64,000 nucleotides of DNA. It comes from Raillietiella orientalis (Eukaryota). Below are positions 12,601 through 27,600 of this stretch, piece by piece. Under the pieces are notes generated by a model. It was given only the letters and a program-made list of their open reading frames with translations, did no database searches and was not told the origin of the DNA. The stretch is taken from NCBI GenBank assembly GCA_036172245.1, contig JAYWIR010000029.1:496001-560000 (forward strand). The letters are read 5' to 3'. Within the stretch, counting starts at the first letter, position 1. Each line of letters starts with the position of its first letter. Position numbers and translations under genes: made by a program.

Positions 12601-15600
12601 AATGATTCGATGATGCTATCTGATTATTTGCCCGCATTTCTTGTTGTCTCAATATCTGCCGAGTTGAACTTGTGATGCAGACTTGATATTTTCCGTGTTT
12701 TTTTTTTTTGTCCTTTGCCGTTGTTGTTGCATTCAAAGCTTTCCCAGAAGAATGGAGCCTCTCGAGTCTTACCTACGAGTACTGCGAATCTCCGCCAAAC
12801 TAAACTGCTCTAAACTCCTCTAGAAACTGAAACTGATTGATTTTCGAATCCAGTTTCAGGTTAGTACTTGAGACTGAAATGGAAGCCAGAAATGGTTTCT
12901 CTTGAAACGCAGGGTCAGTTCGGAGCAATATTTTGAAAATGTACTTGATTAGAAACAGAACTGACCACAGATGCGAAAAAAGTTACCAATCTTCCAAACA
13001 CGAATTAGCCGAGGTTAACTCGATCACACGTATTCATTGCATTTGTAATTGACAGGTATGCTGCAATCCACGTTGCCATCTTTTGTACGAATACCGTAGG
13101 TTTGCCATTCCCAACGACAGCAAAAATTTGCACACGAATTCATAAGGATGTGCGTCAATCCGAATCGTCTGAAAATAAAATGTGTAAATATGTATATCTC
13201 CTGAATACATGACGCCACACTAATGTCTCTGTTTATTTGTACTTTGGAGAAGGAATTTATTTTGTGCTTTTGGGTATTGCATTTTGGCTTCCTTCGTGTC
13301 TAAAAGCAACCCACAATGCACATTACTTACTCTTCTTGCATGTGATTCGCTTTGCCTACTTTCTTTCACTGAGCTATTCAATAACGAATTCGGTTGATGA
13401 CCGGAAGAACTATCGTATAGCTCTTCAAGCTTAACAAGGTAAAATTGCATTTCCGCCATACACTTTTGTCCTGTTGGCCAGGGTCGCCAAGTTTCATTGC
13501 TTCACTGATGTTGCAACGATGTTTTTTCCCACAAAATATTTCTGCTCCTGTAGGTCAGAGGAGTTACTTCTGGAGGCACACCGTTTATACGACAAGTGGA
13601 AACTGCGATACGCATTATCCCTCACAAAAGTAAGAATTCAGGCAATGCTTTTTTATGGAACTTTACGATAATTTCTGCCTCCCAAATGCGTGGAAAACAT
13701 GATTCTCCTAGGTTATCTTGCCCTTTGATTAACGTATGTGATATCAGATTTAGAGGAGGATATCACATCAGGAGGACGAAAGATTACTTTAAGGTTATTT
13801 TCCGTATGAAGACTAGTCGAATTACTGACTTGACGATGCATGAGGTGCACAATCAATACATAATCCTGACACTATCTTTTTGCAAACAACGAAAGATATT
13901 ATTTTCTGATAATCAGACATGTTTTTCTGAGGTGTTCATCAACATGCTATCCTTTCATTCTATCTGCATTACAATATGAGTGCAACTTTCGAAAAGAGTC
14001 ACTTTGGTGTGACACCAAGCCACTGAAACAAATGTTGGTGAATCTCATCATCTCTCATTATGGTTTGAAGATTCTGGAAAAACCTATTTTTCTTATGGAG
14101 GTATGGAGAAATCAGATTTCGATTTTGATTCAGGAGAACTTCGGAGTGTTTTCATGCTATAAATTACGCCACTGAGATTCTGAACAGGACTTTATGCTGA
14201 AAATCGGATCCGTCACATCAGTATTGAGCGAAATCTCTTGCTTCAAAGCACCTTGCTCGATTGCAGCTCGTTCTTCATTTATCATCTTCAGAGATACCAC
14301 TCCTCACGAAGCTTCCCTTGCCGCAGTGCAGCATCCTCACGTTTTCGGAATCGGGAGGTCTTTTCCTATCATATCAACCACGCATGGTTAGCAAGAGAGG
14401 GGAAACAAAACTCTGCAATTCTGCAACTCTGCGACTGAAAATTATCAAAAGCCTTTGTGCTTTTTTTCATTGATGCACAATTTTGTAACTCCGAATTAAG
14501 GGAGATGATCTGACCACGCTCTTGACCGTTGAAAAAGAGAGCATTTACAGAACTACCATTCTCCATAGGACAAACTGGAGGAAATTTTAAGATTATTCTC
14601 CATATGAAGACTGGACGAATGCATTGCTTCTTACGATCCTTTCTCAAAAGCTTGCGAATGTTGCGTTGGCTCAGTAATGGGCACGGTATCGGTGAGAAGC
14701 AGAATTCCTATGCATGGAACTTTTCATTCTAAGATCAAAACAACCATGAGACATCACTATTGCACGAGCATGTTTCGAAACGGTTGGCTGATCATCCCTT
14801 GAATGACTGCAAAAAAGGGTGCAGAATGGGTCAAGTTTGCCTTCAACTCTTCGCTCCCAGTGAATTCTGAAGTGGCAAGAGGCTCGCGCCTGGAACGCAT
14901 TCGGTTAGCAAATGAAGCCATGTTTGTCAAGTTTTCGAGCTTCGAACGTCAGCATGTCGGAATTCCACGATGCGCAAAAACGCAGGAAGTAAGACTTTTT
15001 CCTCCATAAGACTCCGCGTAATTGTGGAAAGCCTGGTAAGCTCTCCATCCGTCTCCTCATTACCAACTTATTATGCATATTCCTCTTTACATTGGAATAC
15101 ATCAGTGTTTGATGCTTTTCACAATATCACAGGCATAGGTTTTTGCAAACTATTCCAAACTTTTCAAAATTGAGGCTTTTTTGTTTCAGCAGAGAATACT
15201 CTGCGGATCCACATAAATCTAATAACTACAAACACTGGGATTCATCTCTTTATTTCCAGTTGAAGCCAAAGCCAAAATAATATTTCCTCCACAAATGAAG
15301 AGTTGGAACACAACGTTATTTTGTACTGTGCATTCTGATACACCTTTCCAGGCTTATTTTGGAACAGACAAAAGTGCTCGGATGATTTCTCATGCGTAAG
15401 ATACAAAAACTCTTGGCGCTAAACTGTTTGAACGCACGCCAATAAACCAATGATCACCGTAGAGCTGAAGAGTCGCCTCTTTACTTGAGAATAAGCGGCC
15501 GTCTTACAGATCTTTCAAACAAAACATATTACTGTAAGGTGCAAAACGATCAAGGATACAAGGAAGTGTCAAGGGAATTCATACCAAAATGTAAGCAATA

Positions 15601-18600
15601 CCATTTCTGTTCGAAGGTGAATAATTGTATCTGCAGATGATCCACGATGCACGAAAGTAGATACAATTTCATTTAAGACAGATTGTCATGAATCTGCAAA
15701 GTGGACCGCAGAATACGAAGAGTCGGAAAATTGCTACAGTCCTTGTATGTTTTCCTTGGTACTTCCAAATGGCACATGCTCTGTCAGGTAGATCCAAGTT
15801 TATCCCTTTGAAATAGACATGCAAAAATTCTGCACCTTAAAGTTACTTCAACTAAGAAAAATCTTGCGCTTTGATTTGTTCTTCGTCTATCCGTGTGATA
15901 GGCAAATATGCTATCTTTGCCACAAGTAATCATTTGTCTGAACAAGTGAGCGAATAAAGGCAAACTTCAATCAACATTAGCCAAATATTTGGAATACTGC
16001 AAAATGCACTTGATTTCCCAGCGTTCCGATACTCTTCGGCCGTTGCTAAAATGCGATATTGCTTTCATTACCAGTAGTAACTTGAATCAACATTTAAGCC
16101 ATCATAACTACGAAGGCTCGTCATTCTAATAAATGTGAGCGCTTATATTGAAAAGTGTGCACACAATACTGTTCCAAAATCTACATTGCATCATGGCAGA
16201 CAAAAGACGCGTTATGGAGCAATACCTCGATCTTGCACTATGAGAATATCGGGTGCTAAGAAAGCATACATCATCGTATGAAGATACATGGGTGTATTTT
16301 CTTTCCCTTCGACGGAAATGATATTCACTGCATCCTTATTGAATATGAAGATCGAGTGTAATTAGTCATTTTTTTTTTTTGAATGCATGGGTAAAGAAAC
16401 GATCAAAACAGAAGGTAAGCAATGTGTACAAGATCAACAACCTAAAAGAATGGAGAATCAATTTGAAACTGTTTTGCATCCAAATGACCACTGCATGTAT
16501 GAGATTCGACATGAGAACTGAATTTTATCATTCGCATTAACTTTTATTTAGTTTTGGAATGAAACTTTGTAAAAAAAAAAAGAAAAAAAGGTTCTGCAAA
16601 AGAAAAGCAATATTCGAACACAGTATCGGAATGAGAATTATGTAATGTAGGTAGAGAGACTTTTTCCTTTTTGTCCTTCCTTAAATGATGAATCCACGTC
16701 TGGTTCATCGAATAAGGTCGCAATTCGCTATTTCCAATCTCAGACGCTCCTTAATAGTAAAATGAGTAGGCAGCCACGCTGAGTGTTCTCTCTATTGAAA
16801 TCATTCTCGTGCGGCGCTCTATTTCTTGAAACAGTTTGAAACTTTGAAGCTTAAAAATGATAAAAAAAATTCCTTGCTCCATGCAAGCGACACGACGAAT
16901 CATGCAGAGCGAATCGAGCAGAACCTAAAAAAATATATATCCCATCGTGTTTTAGCATCAAATTCATAAAAGCAGAAATGGCTTCCGGACTTTATGAGAC
17001 CATGGCATGCTTCTCGGGTCAATCAATATCCTTGGAGCAACAGGACAAACGGGTGGACAAACAGCACATAGTTTGTGGGAACAAAAGTGGAGAACAAGGT
17101 AAGCAGGCGCGCTTCGCGATGAAGTCGAACGTTAGCCCTCTTACGTTGGGAAGGGCAGCCTGCACGTTGTCTGGACGCTCCTGTGACGTGTACTTGCGTT
17201 CTCACAAGGAGTTGAGGCAGTAACGCGGTCACTGCTGCCTCTGTCCCAAGAAGCAGCGGAAACGGAATCACGATTCGGGAAGCGAAGTCAACTTGTTCCA
17301 CTTCTCCGAACGGCGCAAGGGATTCCGATCCACTTTCAACCTAAAAGTCTATGAAAAATTCGCAGCTGAATTCCGGAAAACCCATGGATGGCAGCACATT
17401 TTGGAAATGAACTGCTTCCCTTGTCTTATTTTGAAAAGCACGCACGAAAAATGCGAAGCTGAGGCTGTGCAACGGTGTACGCAAAAGGGACAGACCTGCT
17501 AAACGTTGCCGTGGATTATTTCGTTTTCTTCTACGGCTCTCAAACTCTTCAGTCTACCGTCATGCTTTGTGACCGAATGTTATCCCGAAGGAAATTTGCA
17601 CAGTAAGGGAAACTAACGGACACAAAATGGTGTCCAAATACACTGGCAGTTAAGAAAGGATCAAGGAAGCTCGGAAACTGAGGTTTTGTTCTGGGCCTGA
17701 AGTCCCCTTTCTTTTTCTGACGCAAGAAGAAGGAAAAACCTGGTTTTCAATTCCACTCAAACATCGGATTCGGAACCACTGCTGGCAGACGACGATTCAT
17801 TTGGGGAAACTTGGAAATGAAAATGGGTTTCGAGAGTGAACATATGGTTGAATTTCAGATCAAGCTTACTGGTTGCATTTGTAGCAAGTGCTGTTTAAAG
17901 TGCGCTCACAATCGAAATAATAGGTTGCTATAAATACAAAATCATGCTCGGATTGATCTAGAAAATCGTGCTTAAGGCTTGGCATTAGCAACAGCAAATA
18001 AATATCCCCGGTCCATTCAGAAAAGCAAAAGAATGCTCTGTTTTGTGGAGTGTAGCGAGTACCGTGGATACAGTTTTTGCCACTGTAAGTAGAATGGCAA
18101 CGCAATTTTCACTGCATCTCAGAAGAGCACCTAGCAACGGCTTTGTGCTGACTAGGTGCAGACAACATTATACCATCTAAAACAGACATCCAAGCACACA
18201 GTTTCCAAACACAAATATGCTTGCATCGTATTCAATTAATGCACTGGGCAATTAGAGATCGTTCCAACGGAATCCACATTACAATTATTCAGAGATGATA
18301 AGCGAGATTTCACGAAAGCAGTTCATGAAAACCGAAATTCTGTTGCCTGTTTGTGTTGGCTTAGAGAAAGATCGCGGTCTTGAGTTGATATTGAGGACAA
18401 ACCCTGAAAACTGAAACCGAGGAGAGTTTTGCAAACTCAAACTACAATTAGGGAAAGTGAGGTTTCTTCTTATTATTTTTTTTGATTGCTCAGTATGAAC
18501 TATTATTTCCTTTACTTTGTACAAGCGATATCATGCTGATGAACTCGTGAAACTTCGGCTAGAACTAGTTGCCGTTCTACTCTACTAATGTCTCTGCTTT

Positions 18601-21600
18601 TCTTGTGTTTTTGTGCACAATAAGAAAGAAATAAGAGAAGCAGAGATAATGAGAAAAAGGCTCCACAGAAGGCTTTCGAGAATGCATGCAAGACATCAAC
18701 AGAATCGTCGAAACGGAAATACAGGAACGAAAACCAGATCAAAGAGGAAGAATCTAATTAGATGAGAGGCAACGTTGTCTTGGAATCCATAAACCTTCAC
18801 GATAAAAACTAAGGAAAGTAGTTCCAGGGTTCATAGATGCTCTTCATGAACTTGCATTCTCACTTGGTTTTATCAACTGCCTACTTTAAATAAAAACAAT
18901 TTTCTTCTCGGTTAGTAACATGTTCTTTTCAGTACGAAATTGCGATATGTGATTAAGACCGACTGCCCATAATGCTGGGATGAAAAGGGATTGCACTGAA
19001 AAGTGCTTGGATGGAAATCTTGCATAATCAGAAGAGTTGGGTTTGTTTTAGTGGTTGTGCGTCTGCAAGGACATGCCGTGTTATCAGTGTCAACTTACCT
19101 CAGAAAGTTTTCCATTGATTTCAATATGTACAAATGTGGTTGTGCTACAGGTAAGAAAAAATGCTTCCCATACTTTGTATCTACACAATCTGTTGCTCCG
19201 CTCGAACTCAATATTTTGGCAGCCACGTTAGGTAAATCCGGGTATTAGTCAGAAACTCTTATTCCTTTTGCCTTTATTTCTTTGGGCAGCGCAAGTTTCG
19301 GTTTTCGCCCATTCCAGAACAAACGTTCACTTCACCTGCACGTTTTCCTGGAAAAACGTTTTCGTAAACGACTTCGTTTGTGCTCACAACACTTTTGCTG
19401 AACATCTTGCGTTCCTCGCGTTTTTTAGCTGCAGGCCAGCTGTACGTTCTTGTGCTCCCTACAGCACAGTGCGAAATTCGCGAGCCTTTTCTCACTACAG
19501 GATACGATGCTATATGCATTTGTTATCCGTGCATTTGACCCACGAATGTTTGGCTTTCCTGTTTGCATTCCCAGCAAACAGATCCTACCCTTAAATTGTT
19601 TTAATTCGACACTTTCTTTCCCGAATCGCTTCCAATCATGTCCACCGTATTTCGAGTTTTCAACTACAAGACCATTTACACGCATCTGAACTAGCAATGA
19701 GCACTTGAGCTAGTGATGAGAGAGCGATCTGGGACTAGCAGGCTCGCCCTCATCACTCCACTTTCCGCGTTTATTCCTTGAATTCTGTGTAAAGCTCACC
19801 AGGGATTTTCTCAGGAGTCAAGAGAACGCTTGTGCCCAACAAATTTGTTTTTGACAGGCGGTGCTCCTGCTACGCTCTCTCGTTACCGAAACTTCGTCGT
19901 AAGAGTACGGCATGTTAGGATTTATGCAGTAATGCTTCGTATGCGCACACACCCAAATCCATGGTCTCTAAATAAGTCATTTCTTCTGTTTCTAGAACCT
20001 AAGCTTGATGTACCCTGTGAACAACAACTAATTAAGGACGAAAACTGTGCCTGTTCGAGAACCAAAGGAGCTGAATGTAAAGGTTGCTGTGCACCCGATG
20101 ACAGATGCGTGGAAAAAAGCTGTAATTATCGTTCTGCTGCTGCTTCATGATACATACATGAATGCAGTGGTTATAGAATAAGGCTTGAGTGGATGTGAAA
20201 GTAATCCTATAGGTGATGGTGCACTCGCACATATGCAGTGTTGAGTAAATTAATGCATTCTCATAGATGATAAGAGATCCACCCTTTAATCTTCTCCGTA
20301 CTTTTCGACTGTCTTGGGTATCATCTGCATGGTGCTGGAAGGTGTGCTTACAAACTTGGAGATTACAGTCGCGTAGAGAACGAAATGCTAGTCTTTAAGC
20401 GGCTCGGATGTCTGTCTGTAGCTTACGTGGCTAGGAAGATGCAATTTACGGAAGCTCCTTTTACGCAATTACGCGGAACTGCACTGAAGAACGTGGAATC
20501 GCGTTCTTCGGAACACCCAAAGAAAACCCTCATAATTCGATTCTGACCTCGGATTGCAAATCGCATCCATCCTTTATCCAGGAATGGGTTTCCATTTCCA
20601 ATTTCCTATAGAGATGAAAGTGGCAATCCATCACAGATGTGATTCATATTGTGCTAGAAATGCGACGATCTTAGAATATCGTTTCATGATACATCCAAGA
20701 AGGTCGGGCCATTTGCATATGATTGAAATGGCAAGCTTACTATAAATTATAGAACGCTAAATCAGTTCTTGCCATGCATCATTTGTGAGCAATCGGATCA
20801 AGTTTACTAGATCGAATCTGCATTTTTTATGAATTCAGCTACAATAAGAAATCCAGAACCTTGTGTTGTAAACATTTCAATCTTTTCTCATGCTGATGGT
20901 ATAATTCAAGTTTTGTATCATTTTAGGTCCAGAACCAGAGATTCCAGGTCAGCATTTCCAGCGTTTCCGTTCTGTTGATTTCCACGAAATAGAGAATCGC
21001 TTCCACGTGTGCGATTACGTATAATACACGAAATGCTTTCCACAAGTTGATAATAACTCTCCTTTCTATTTTTCGTAATGCTAATGAAATATTAAAATGA
21101 AATGACCGAAAAAGCTCAGTTCTCTTCTCAAGAATCCTCACGGAAGAGTAACGCAATCATGTTGATGCTGTTTCACGTTTTGCGTATTCATATCCAAGAC
21201 GTTGCCGTATCATTTCTCCGTTTCCATCCATGACGTTTCGTGAATTCTAGGATGCACAGCATCTAGGAAGGTTGCGTACAAGTGTCCATGTTCAACAGAT
21301 ATCGGGTGTATCGATGGTTTGGAATGCAGACGCGGAATATGCGGTAAATGCATTCTCAGCAACCAATCACCATCTTTCCTGATTTTTCCTTTCAATTAAA
21401 GAATATTGCGAATCCACTCCAGGAAGATACAGGTGTCCCTGCTTTGCGAATGCTACGTGTGCCTACCCATACAAGTGCATGAAAAATATCTGCAGTAAGT
21501 CGTTTAATAAGAACTTGACAAATGCCTGAAAGATTTAAATTGTCCCAGTGATAAGCGGCCTGAAGGATGCACTTGCCTGTCTGGTGACAAATGCATGAGT

Positions 21601-24600
21601 GGGATCTGCTTCCATAAACTTTGTAGTGAGTTCATCTCGTCATAATCACAGCTGGCTTATGCGATTTCGGATAAAAATGAAAGGAAACTTTCCATCGAAA
21701 GTTTAAGAAAATCCTTTTTTCTTTTTGCTTCGTTTCCCTGAAATTGCTTCACGTTCCGTGAACTATGCGTCCGTTAGCAATTTTTTCTTCATAAGACGTA
21801 GGTTTCGTAAGACGGAGGGGAGGGGGGCACCTTTTCAGCTCCTCTGCGTTTGCAGCAATTCATTCATCGTATCTGATTTCCTGATTTGTGTATTGCCTCG
21901 TTCAGATTCCTTGAGAACTTGTTTTCATGATTCACTTTCCTGAACACGCGAGAAATGTTCGGAAAACGCTACTTGCATGACTGTGAACGGCTTCGCAAGG
22001 ATCATTATTCGAAAAACCTAAAATATCTGGTATCTGTTTCTGCTACAGGCGAGTTACAACTTCTCTTTCATGCAGTAACTGAATTAACTAGCAAGCTGTT
22101 ATTCGGGACAGGCCGAAAGAGCACGAAGCAGGCATCTGTCGTGGCAAGCATCTTCATTCATCGACCGGAATTTCACAGAAATTCGTAATTACCGACCAAA
22201 ACTTTTGTTCAAGGAACCACGGTGTTCGAGAAGAAAAGTTTGCGCTACCGAAACGTAAACAGATGATTCGGAGCTTCTGGATCCGTATGGGAAAATGTCT
22301 TTTCTTCGATTTTGTAAAATATCCCAACAAACTCGAATCTTTGAGGTGTATGGCAGTGGCTGCGCAGATTCTTCTTCCCTTTGCCGCAGCAGGTTACACA
22401 TCAGGTGGTTTACGATCATAGAATCCGATTCGGTGGTTCCTTTCCCGTGAAGAGTTTCTTGGACACGAATGGGTGCTCTTTCGCCAAATATTCCTCGATA
22501 CGAACTTATCGCTCGATGCTGGGTACGCACCTTCGTGGAACGAAAAGTTTGTATCAAGGGAAATGGAAATTGTCTGTGTTCGATGAAAGGGATTGTACTC
22601 AAGCAGTAGATACATGCCAACATGTGTTGGTTCCCTATTGGAATCCAGAATCCACTTGCATGCAGCATGAGCGTTTTGCTCAGTGAGGTGGAGGTACTGA
22701 ACAGTGCTGAGGCATCTTACAAATGTTCAGGATAAAAAATGGAAAGAATGCCGCCGTAGATGTCGCTAGGAACATGAATGAAGCATTCTGGAACTGGAAT
22801 ATTTATTGTTTAATGCACCCATTGCTTTTCCCGAGATCGACTCCAGCTCTTAGAGGGGAATCGGTCATATAGATCCATGCGACTGCACGCTCTTGCCAAA
22901 ATTCTAGAATCTCAGAACGTTAGGATCGAGAAGCTTGTAGAACGGAGAGAATGGTCTTAATTTTTTCTTTTCTGTGACTCAGTTAGTTGTCCGACAACTT
23001 CCAAGCCAAGAGGCTGCCCATGTAGTTCACCAAAGGAATGTGATCAGGAATTAGCGTGTGAGGATCAAATTTGTGGTAAGATATGCCAAGCAATCGTAAA
23101 GAGGATTGTTTTTTTATGGAACCAAAATGAGTTCCATGCTTGAGGTCTATATTAGAAATGCTCTTTGATTATAGAACTGAACTGCGAAAGACTGCCCCGC
23201 TATCCTGCTTGTCCGTGCACGACAGCTGTTTGGTGCGAAAGTAAAACTTGCGTAGCAGAGAAATGTGGTAAGTGCCCTCAAAGGAGGTTTTGGACTTATT
23301 GATTAAGCTCTTCTTACTCTTCACAGACACACACACACACACACGTGCACAAAAAAAATTAACTTCAATAGACATTTCATTCAAAATGCGCAAATGTTCT
23401 TCTCTCTAATACAAGCAACAAACGACTGAATATCTGATGGTACGCTGTAAGCAAAAGGCTGATTCTCAACCGTATGTTTGGCCGAAGCAAGTTTTGTAGA
23501 TGAAAATGGAGAAAATGATTTCTATTACCCAAGAGCTCAAAAGGTAGTTTGACTGAGAATCTCAGAGACGAGTCCGTAAGCCGAGAAAAACGGCTGGAAT
23601 TTCAAGAGCTATAGTCATCCCATCGTACTGATTGTATAAATGAAAGCAACTCTTACTGATTATGGGATACATTGCATGAAAACTTTTTGTATGGATTCGG
23701 CATGTCTGAAGATATTCCGGTAGCTCTTGCCAAGATTCGTCAGTTTGTCACGAAAATTTCGAGTCTTTTCAATTTCCGATCTGTCAACCGATCTCATCTG
23801 CTTATGTTGGCGCCACTCCCATTCCGGAAAGTTTACATAGAAATGATTACATGTAGCGCATAAAAATTCATCAAGGAGACTGGATTAGAAACTCATGAGA
23901 AGTTTGTCCTTTTCATCTGCATCCGACGTGCCGATGCAGCCACAGGGGCAAATGCAAACTCTCTAAACGAGCTTGGTACCGTGACTCACATCAAGTGTCT
24001 CTTGCAAACGTGCACTAATCCGTTAGCTCATTTTCATGGAGCCTCGAGCGTTTGTGGTCGTGTCGAGCTGCTGCTAATTCGTAGACAAAGCCATGCAGGG
24101 CATTAGAAAAAGCAGTTTCACTCAACCCCCTTCCTTATTACAGCTCTTCCTATTTGATAATCAATGCAGAACTGGTGGAATTAAAGTTGCGTCATAGTGG
24201 CCGTCAACCTGCATCTCATCGAAGCACAACACTTTAGCAAACTTACATAAAGGAAAAAACTTGGCAAATGAGCGTCATAGTAAAGCTTTCATTGGTTTCC
24301 AGTGCATAATCCTCAAGATGCCTCGATACTTTGGAGGAGTTTCACTACCAGTATTGTCCTCTACGCCACATTTTTTCATGGTTTCAACGAAGCTGATTCT
24401 ATTCCTACCATTCTACAATTATCACAGTCATGAACATGTAGAAAATGTCAAGAACATCTAGAAATGATTCACAATCTCGAAATGATCTGCTGCCAAACCC
24501 TTTTTTTTTTCCTGATTCGGGGAGCACAGGGTTGTAAGTTGCGCATGTAATTTCAGATGCAGCAAAGAAATGCACAACCGATTTGGACTGCGATCCCCAT

Positions 24601-27600
24601 CATGCCTGTTTGAAGGGACACTGCGGTAAGTGTCGACACGCAGTCGGCTTGCCAGCTGCTCAGAAACTTGCATTGCTATTCCTGGGTGACGATGTTACCA
24701 CAGTGAGAGGCAACCATCAGCGTGTATCCCTTTATCAGCGTATCTTTTTGTTGTTTCATGAAATTCATCTGTATGAGTTCCTTTTATTACCAGAGGTCAT
24801 TTGCAATGCCAAACCGTTGAAACCGTCTTGTCCCTGCTGGGCTCCTGGGGACTGTGACATCAATTCGTGTTCGGCAGGAAAATGCGGTGAGTTTTCTTAT
24901 TCCTTTACTTTCGTCTTGCCATGCAAGGAAGATTTCCACCGTTTGCTTGACTGCAGTTTTTCTTTTCTTTTCTTTTTTTTACAGCTTGTCTCGATAAGTT
25001 GGTGCTTCTGAAATAAAGTTTGGTAAATGAAACTGAAGCATTAGTATTAAGAATGATACTTACTAATAGGACATTACGGTACTGACAATATCTCAATTGG
25101 AAGCATTTGCCCATTTTTTAACCGATTTTCGACTCTTAGAAGCACAAAAATTTTTCGTGACGTGACTGCGTTGAGTGTTAGCAAAGCTTTTGCATACTTC
25201 TAGTGCTTGCTCTTCATATTCCTTTAAGATCTTTGTTAACGAGCACCTGTTAATTGTTCTCCGTGTGAATCTCAGTACATTTGAGTTCCATAGCGAAACA
25301 AATCATGTGCGTTTTTTTTTTTTTTTTTTTACTTGCAACCATTTGCATTTTTAATTTGGAATGTTTAGAAAGTAAGGTCAGTGGACTGGCAGCGTATATA
25401 CGGAAATGAGGATCGGTGTTCACATGTGTTTCAGATGTCTGCATTCCTGGACGAGGGAAGACCAACTGCCCTTGTCCCTGTGCACCTCAGTATAAATGCT
25501 TTGAAGTTTCTGCAAGTACCTCCAAATGCGGTAAATAGCGTATTCCACGTGTGACCACTTAGCTTATTTTCAATACTTGGCTTCTATGTTCGCGAGTACA
25601 GTAAATTAGACTTCCCAATGTGACTTTCGTGTGTAGATGGTTTTCGTCCTTTAGTACACGATTTCATTCTCTAAATTGATTCATCAGGTGCTTGTTTGCT
25701 TTCTTTAAGAATGGAAGGAAAGAACAAAATTCATTCATTAAAGTGAAAACGAGAACAGCAGTTCGATTTCAGTTCCTCAATGTGATGGAGAATGAAGTAA
25801 ATCCATTGATAAGGCGGAACTCTTTTAAAAAGACAAACTGCGAGTGATGGCAAATCGAGTCTTTTTTGTTTCGTTGTTTCTCTCCCATTGGAACACGTGA
25901 GAAGGGAAACTGCGGTCATCAGTTGAATGTCCGCTTCTTTGAAGACCTCCATGTATTTGTGAATTTTCGAAAATCGGAATGCAATGCATCTACACGAATC
26001 CTGGAAGAGGTTTTGTCGTGTCAATTCTCTGCGAGAGTGCAGCTTTACAGTTTTGCCGAGTGGAATGGGTTTCATGCGGTGAAATTCAACTTCAACGGGG
26101 GTGAAGAAAATGGGGTGAAGAAATCGAGCATTGATGAGCCGATCCTTCTTAAGAGCGGTGCGACACTTCGGCCACGCTCCCGATTTGTGTGGAATCCCTC
26201 TCCTCCTCCGCCGCTATGCCACGGAAAGGAAATCAATAGCTCTCCATCCAAGAGAAAAGTACACTTCGATTCCAGTCGGGTCCAACACGAGAAGATGACG
26301 AATGACGCTACGAAACATTTATACGAGAGAAATATCAAATAGGCAACGCGCCCAACAAGTGGGCATCGGCGGAAATATTCAGCAACGAGTAGAGACGCTC
26401 CTGTTTTCAGAAATATGGAATTCTTGGATTATGGATTCGCTGTTTCTACAATGTTCGCATCCCTCTCAATATTGCTGTTGAAAAAGCACTTTATAAATCA
26501 AAAGTCTTTTCTGAAACAGAGGTCTGAAACTCATCAGCATTGAAAATACAGCTTCAGAGAAAGCGCAAGATTTAGGCATTTCGTGGGAGGAAACAAGCAG
26601 TGCTAACCTAACGATTATTGAAGAATTAGAGAAAAAGTCCGTGGAGCAAACTGGGAGATAGCAACGAATAACTAATTGTCTTTAATTATCAAGAACCCTT
26701 TGAATTCAGGCAAAAGCAGCAAAAGTTCACAGTGCTGAAATACAAACATGGGAAGAAATTGAAACTCTTTTGCTTTAATATTAACAGGCAAAACCGAACT
26801 CCAAACAGCACTGATCGGAAAGAAATTGCTTTCGTTGATACGCAAAATGAGTAAGAGAAATCTGCGTGTGCCCACTTGGCTGCATTTCTTGCAACGTTTC
26901 TCCGAAATCCAGCAGCGAAATAATATCAAAATAGTGCTCCTTCCACGAAACCCAACCACCGAGCCTATCCATCCCAAAAGAGGAGACTAAAAGAGGCAAA
27001 TGGTGAAGGAATTCTGCATAAAAAATACTGCACTTTTATGAAGAAAGATCAAATCAAACGGTTTCCAGAGTGCTTCAAAAACGAGGTCTGGCATTTGAGC
27101 TTAATGAACCAAAAGGAGGTGAAAGGAATCAGTGTAATCGGAATACCATTGTGGATTTTCAGATCTCTTCTTGGACTTTATCCTTGTTAATGGAGTTCCA
27201 ACTACGATGTCTGAAAAGCTCCTTCAGAGTTTTTTTCGCAGAAAGTCATGTACTGCAGAAGTAGAAAACCGATGGTCGAGACTGAGGATCTGACTCAAAA
27301 GGAAGAATTCGATTTCCGACACAATACCGAAAGTTTCAGCATTCCCAGAAAGGATGAATTTTTCGAATGATCTTCCAGGAGAGTGGAGGCAAGCGATGTT
27401 CTCTTTTAGACAAAGATGTTAAATTGAAGTCTATTTTTCGAGAAGCACCGTGATGAAAGAAGGAAAAGGAGGGAAGACTAAGCCGAATAGGATCACTTGG
27501 GATAGAGTTGCAGAAACCAAGTCAGCGATCACAATGACGAGAAATGGTGACTGCACAAAACGAACTGTTGCATTCGATTCGATACTTGTTTGCAATTTTT

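Noticed and set aside
15637..15744. Shorter CUB exon using the gtatgt donor at 15745
   Set aside because: It leads to an in-frame stop with both nearby acceptors (16956, 16976). The 15788 donor gives a continuous CUB-like sequence.
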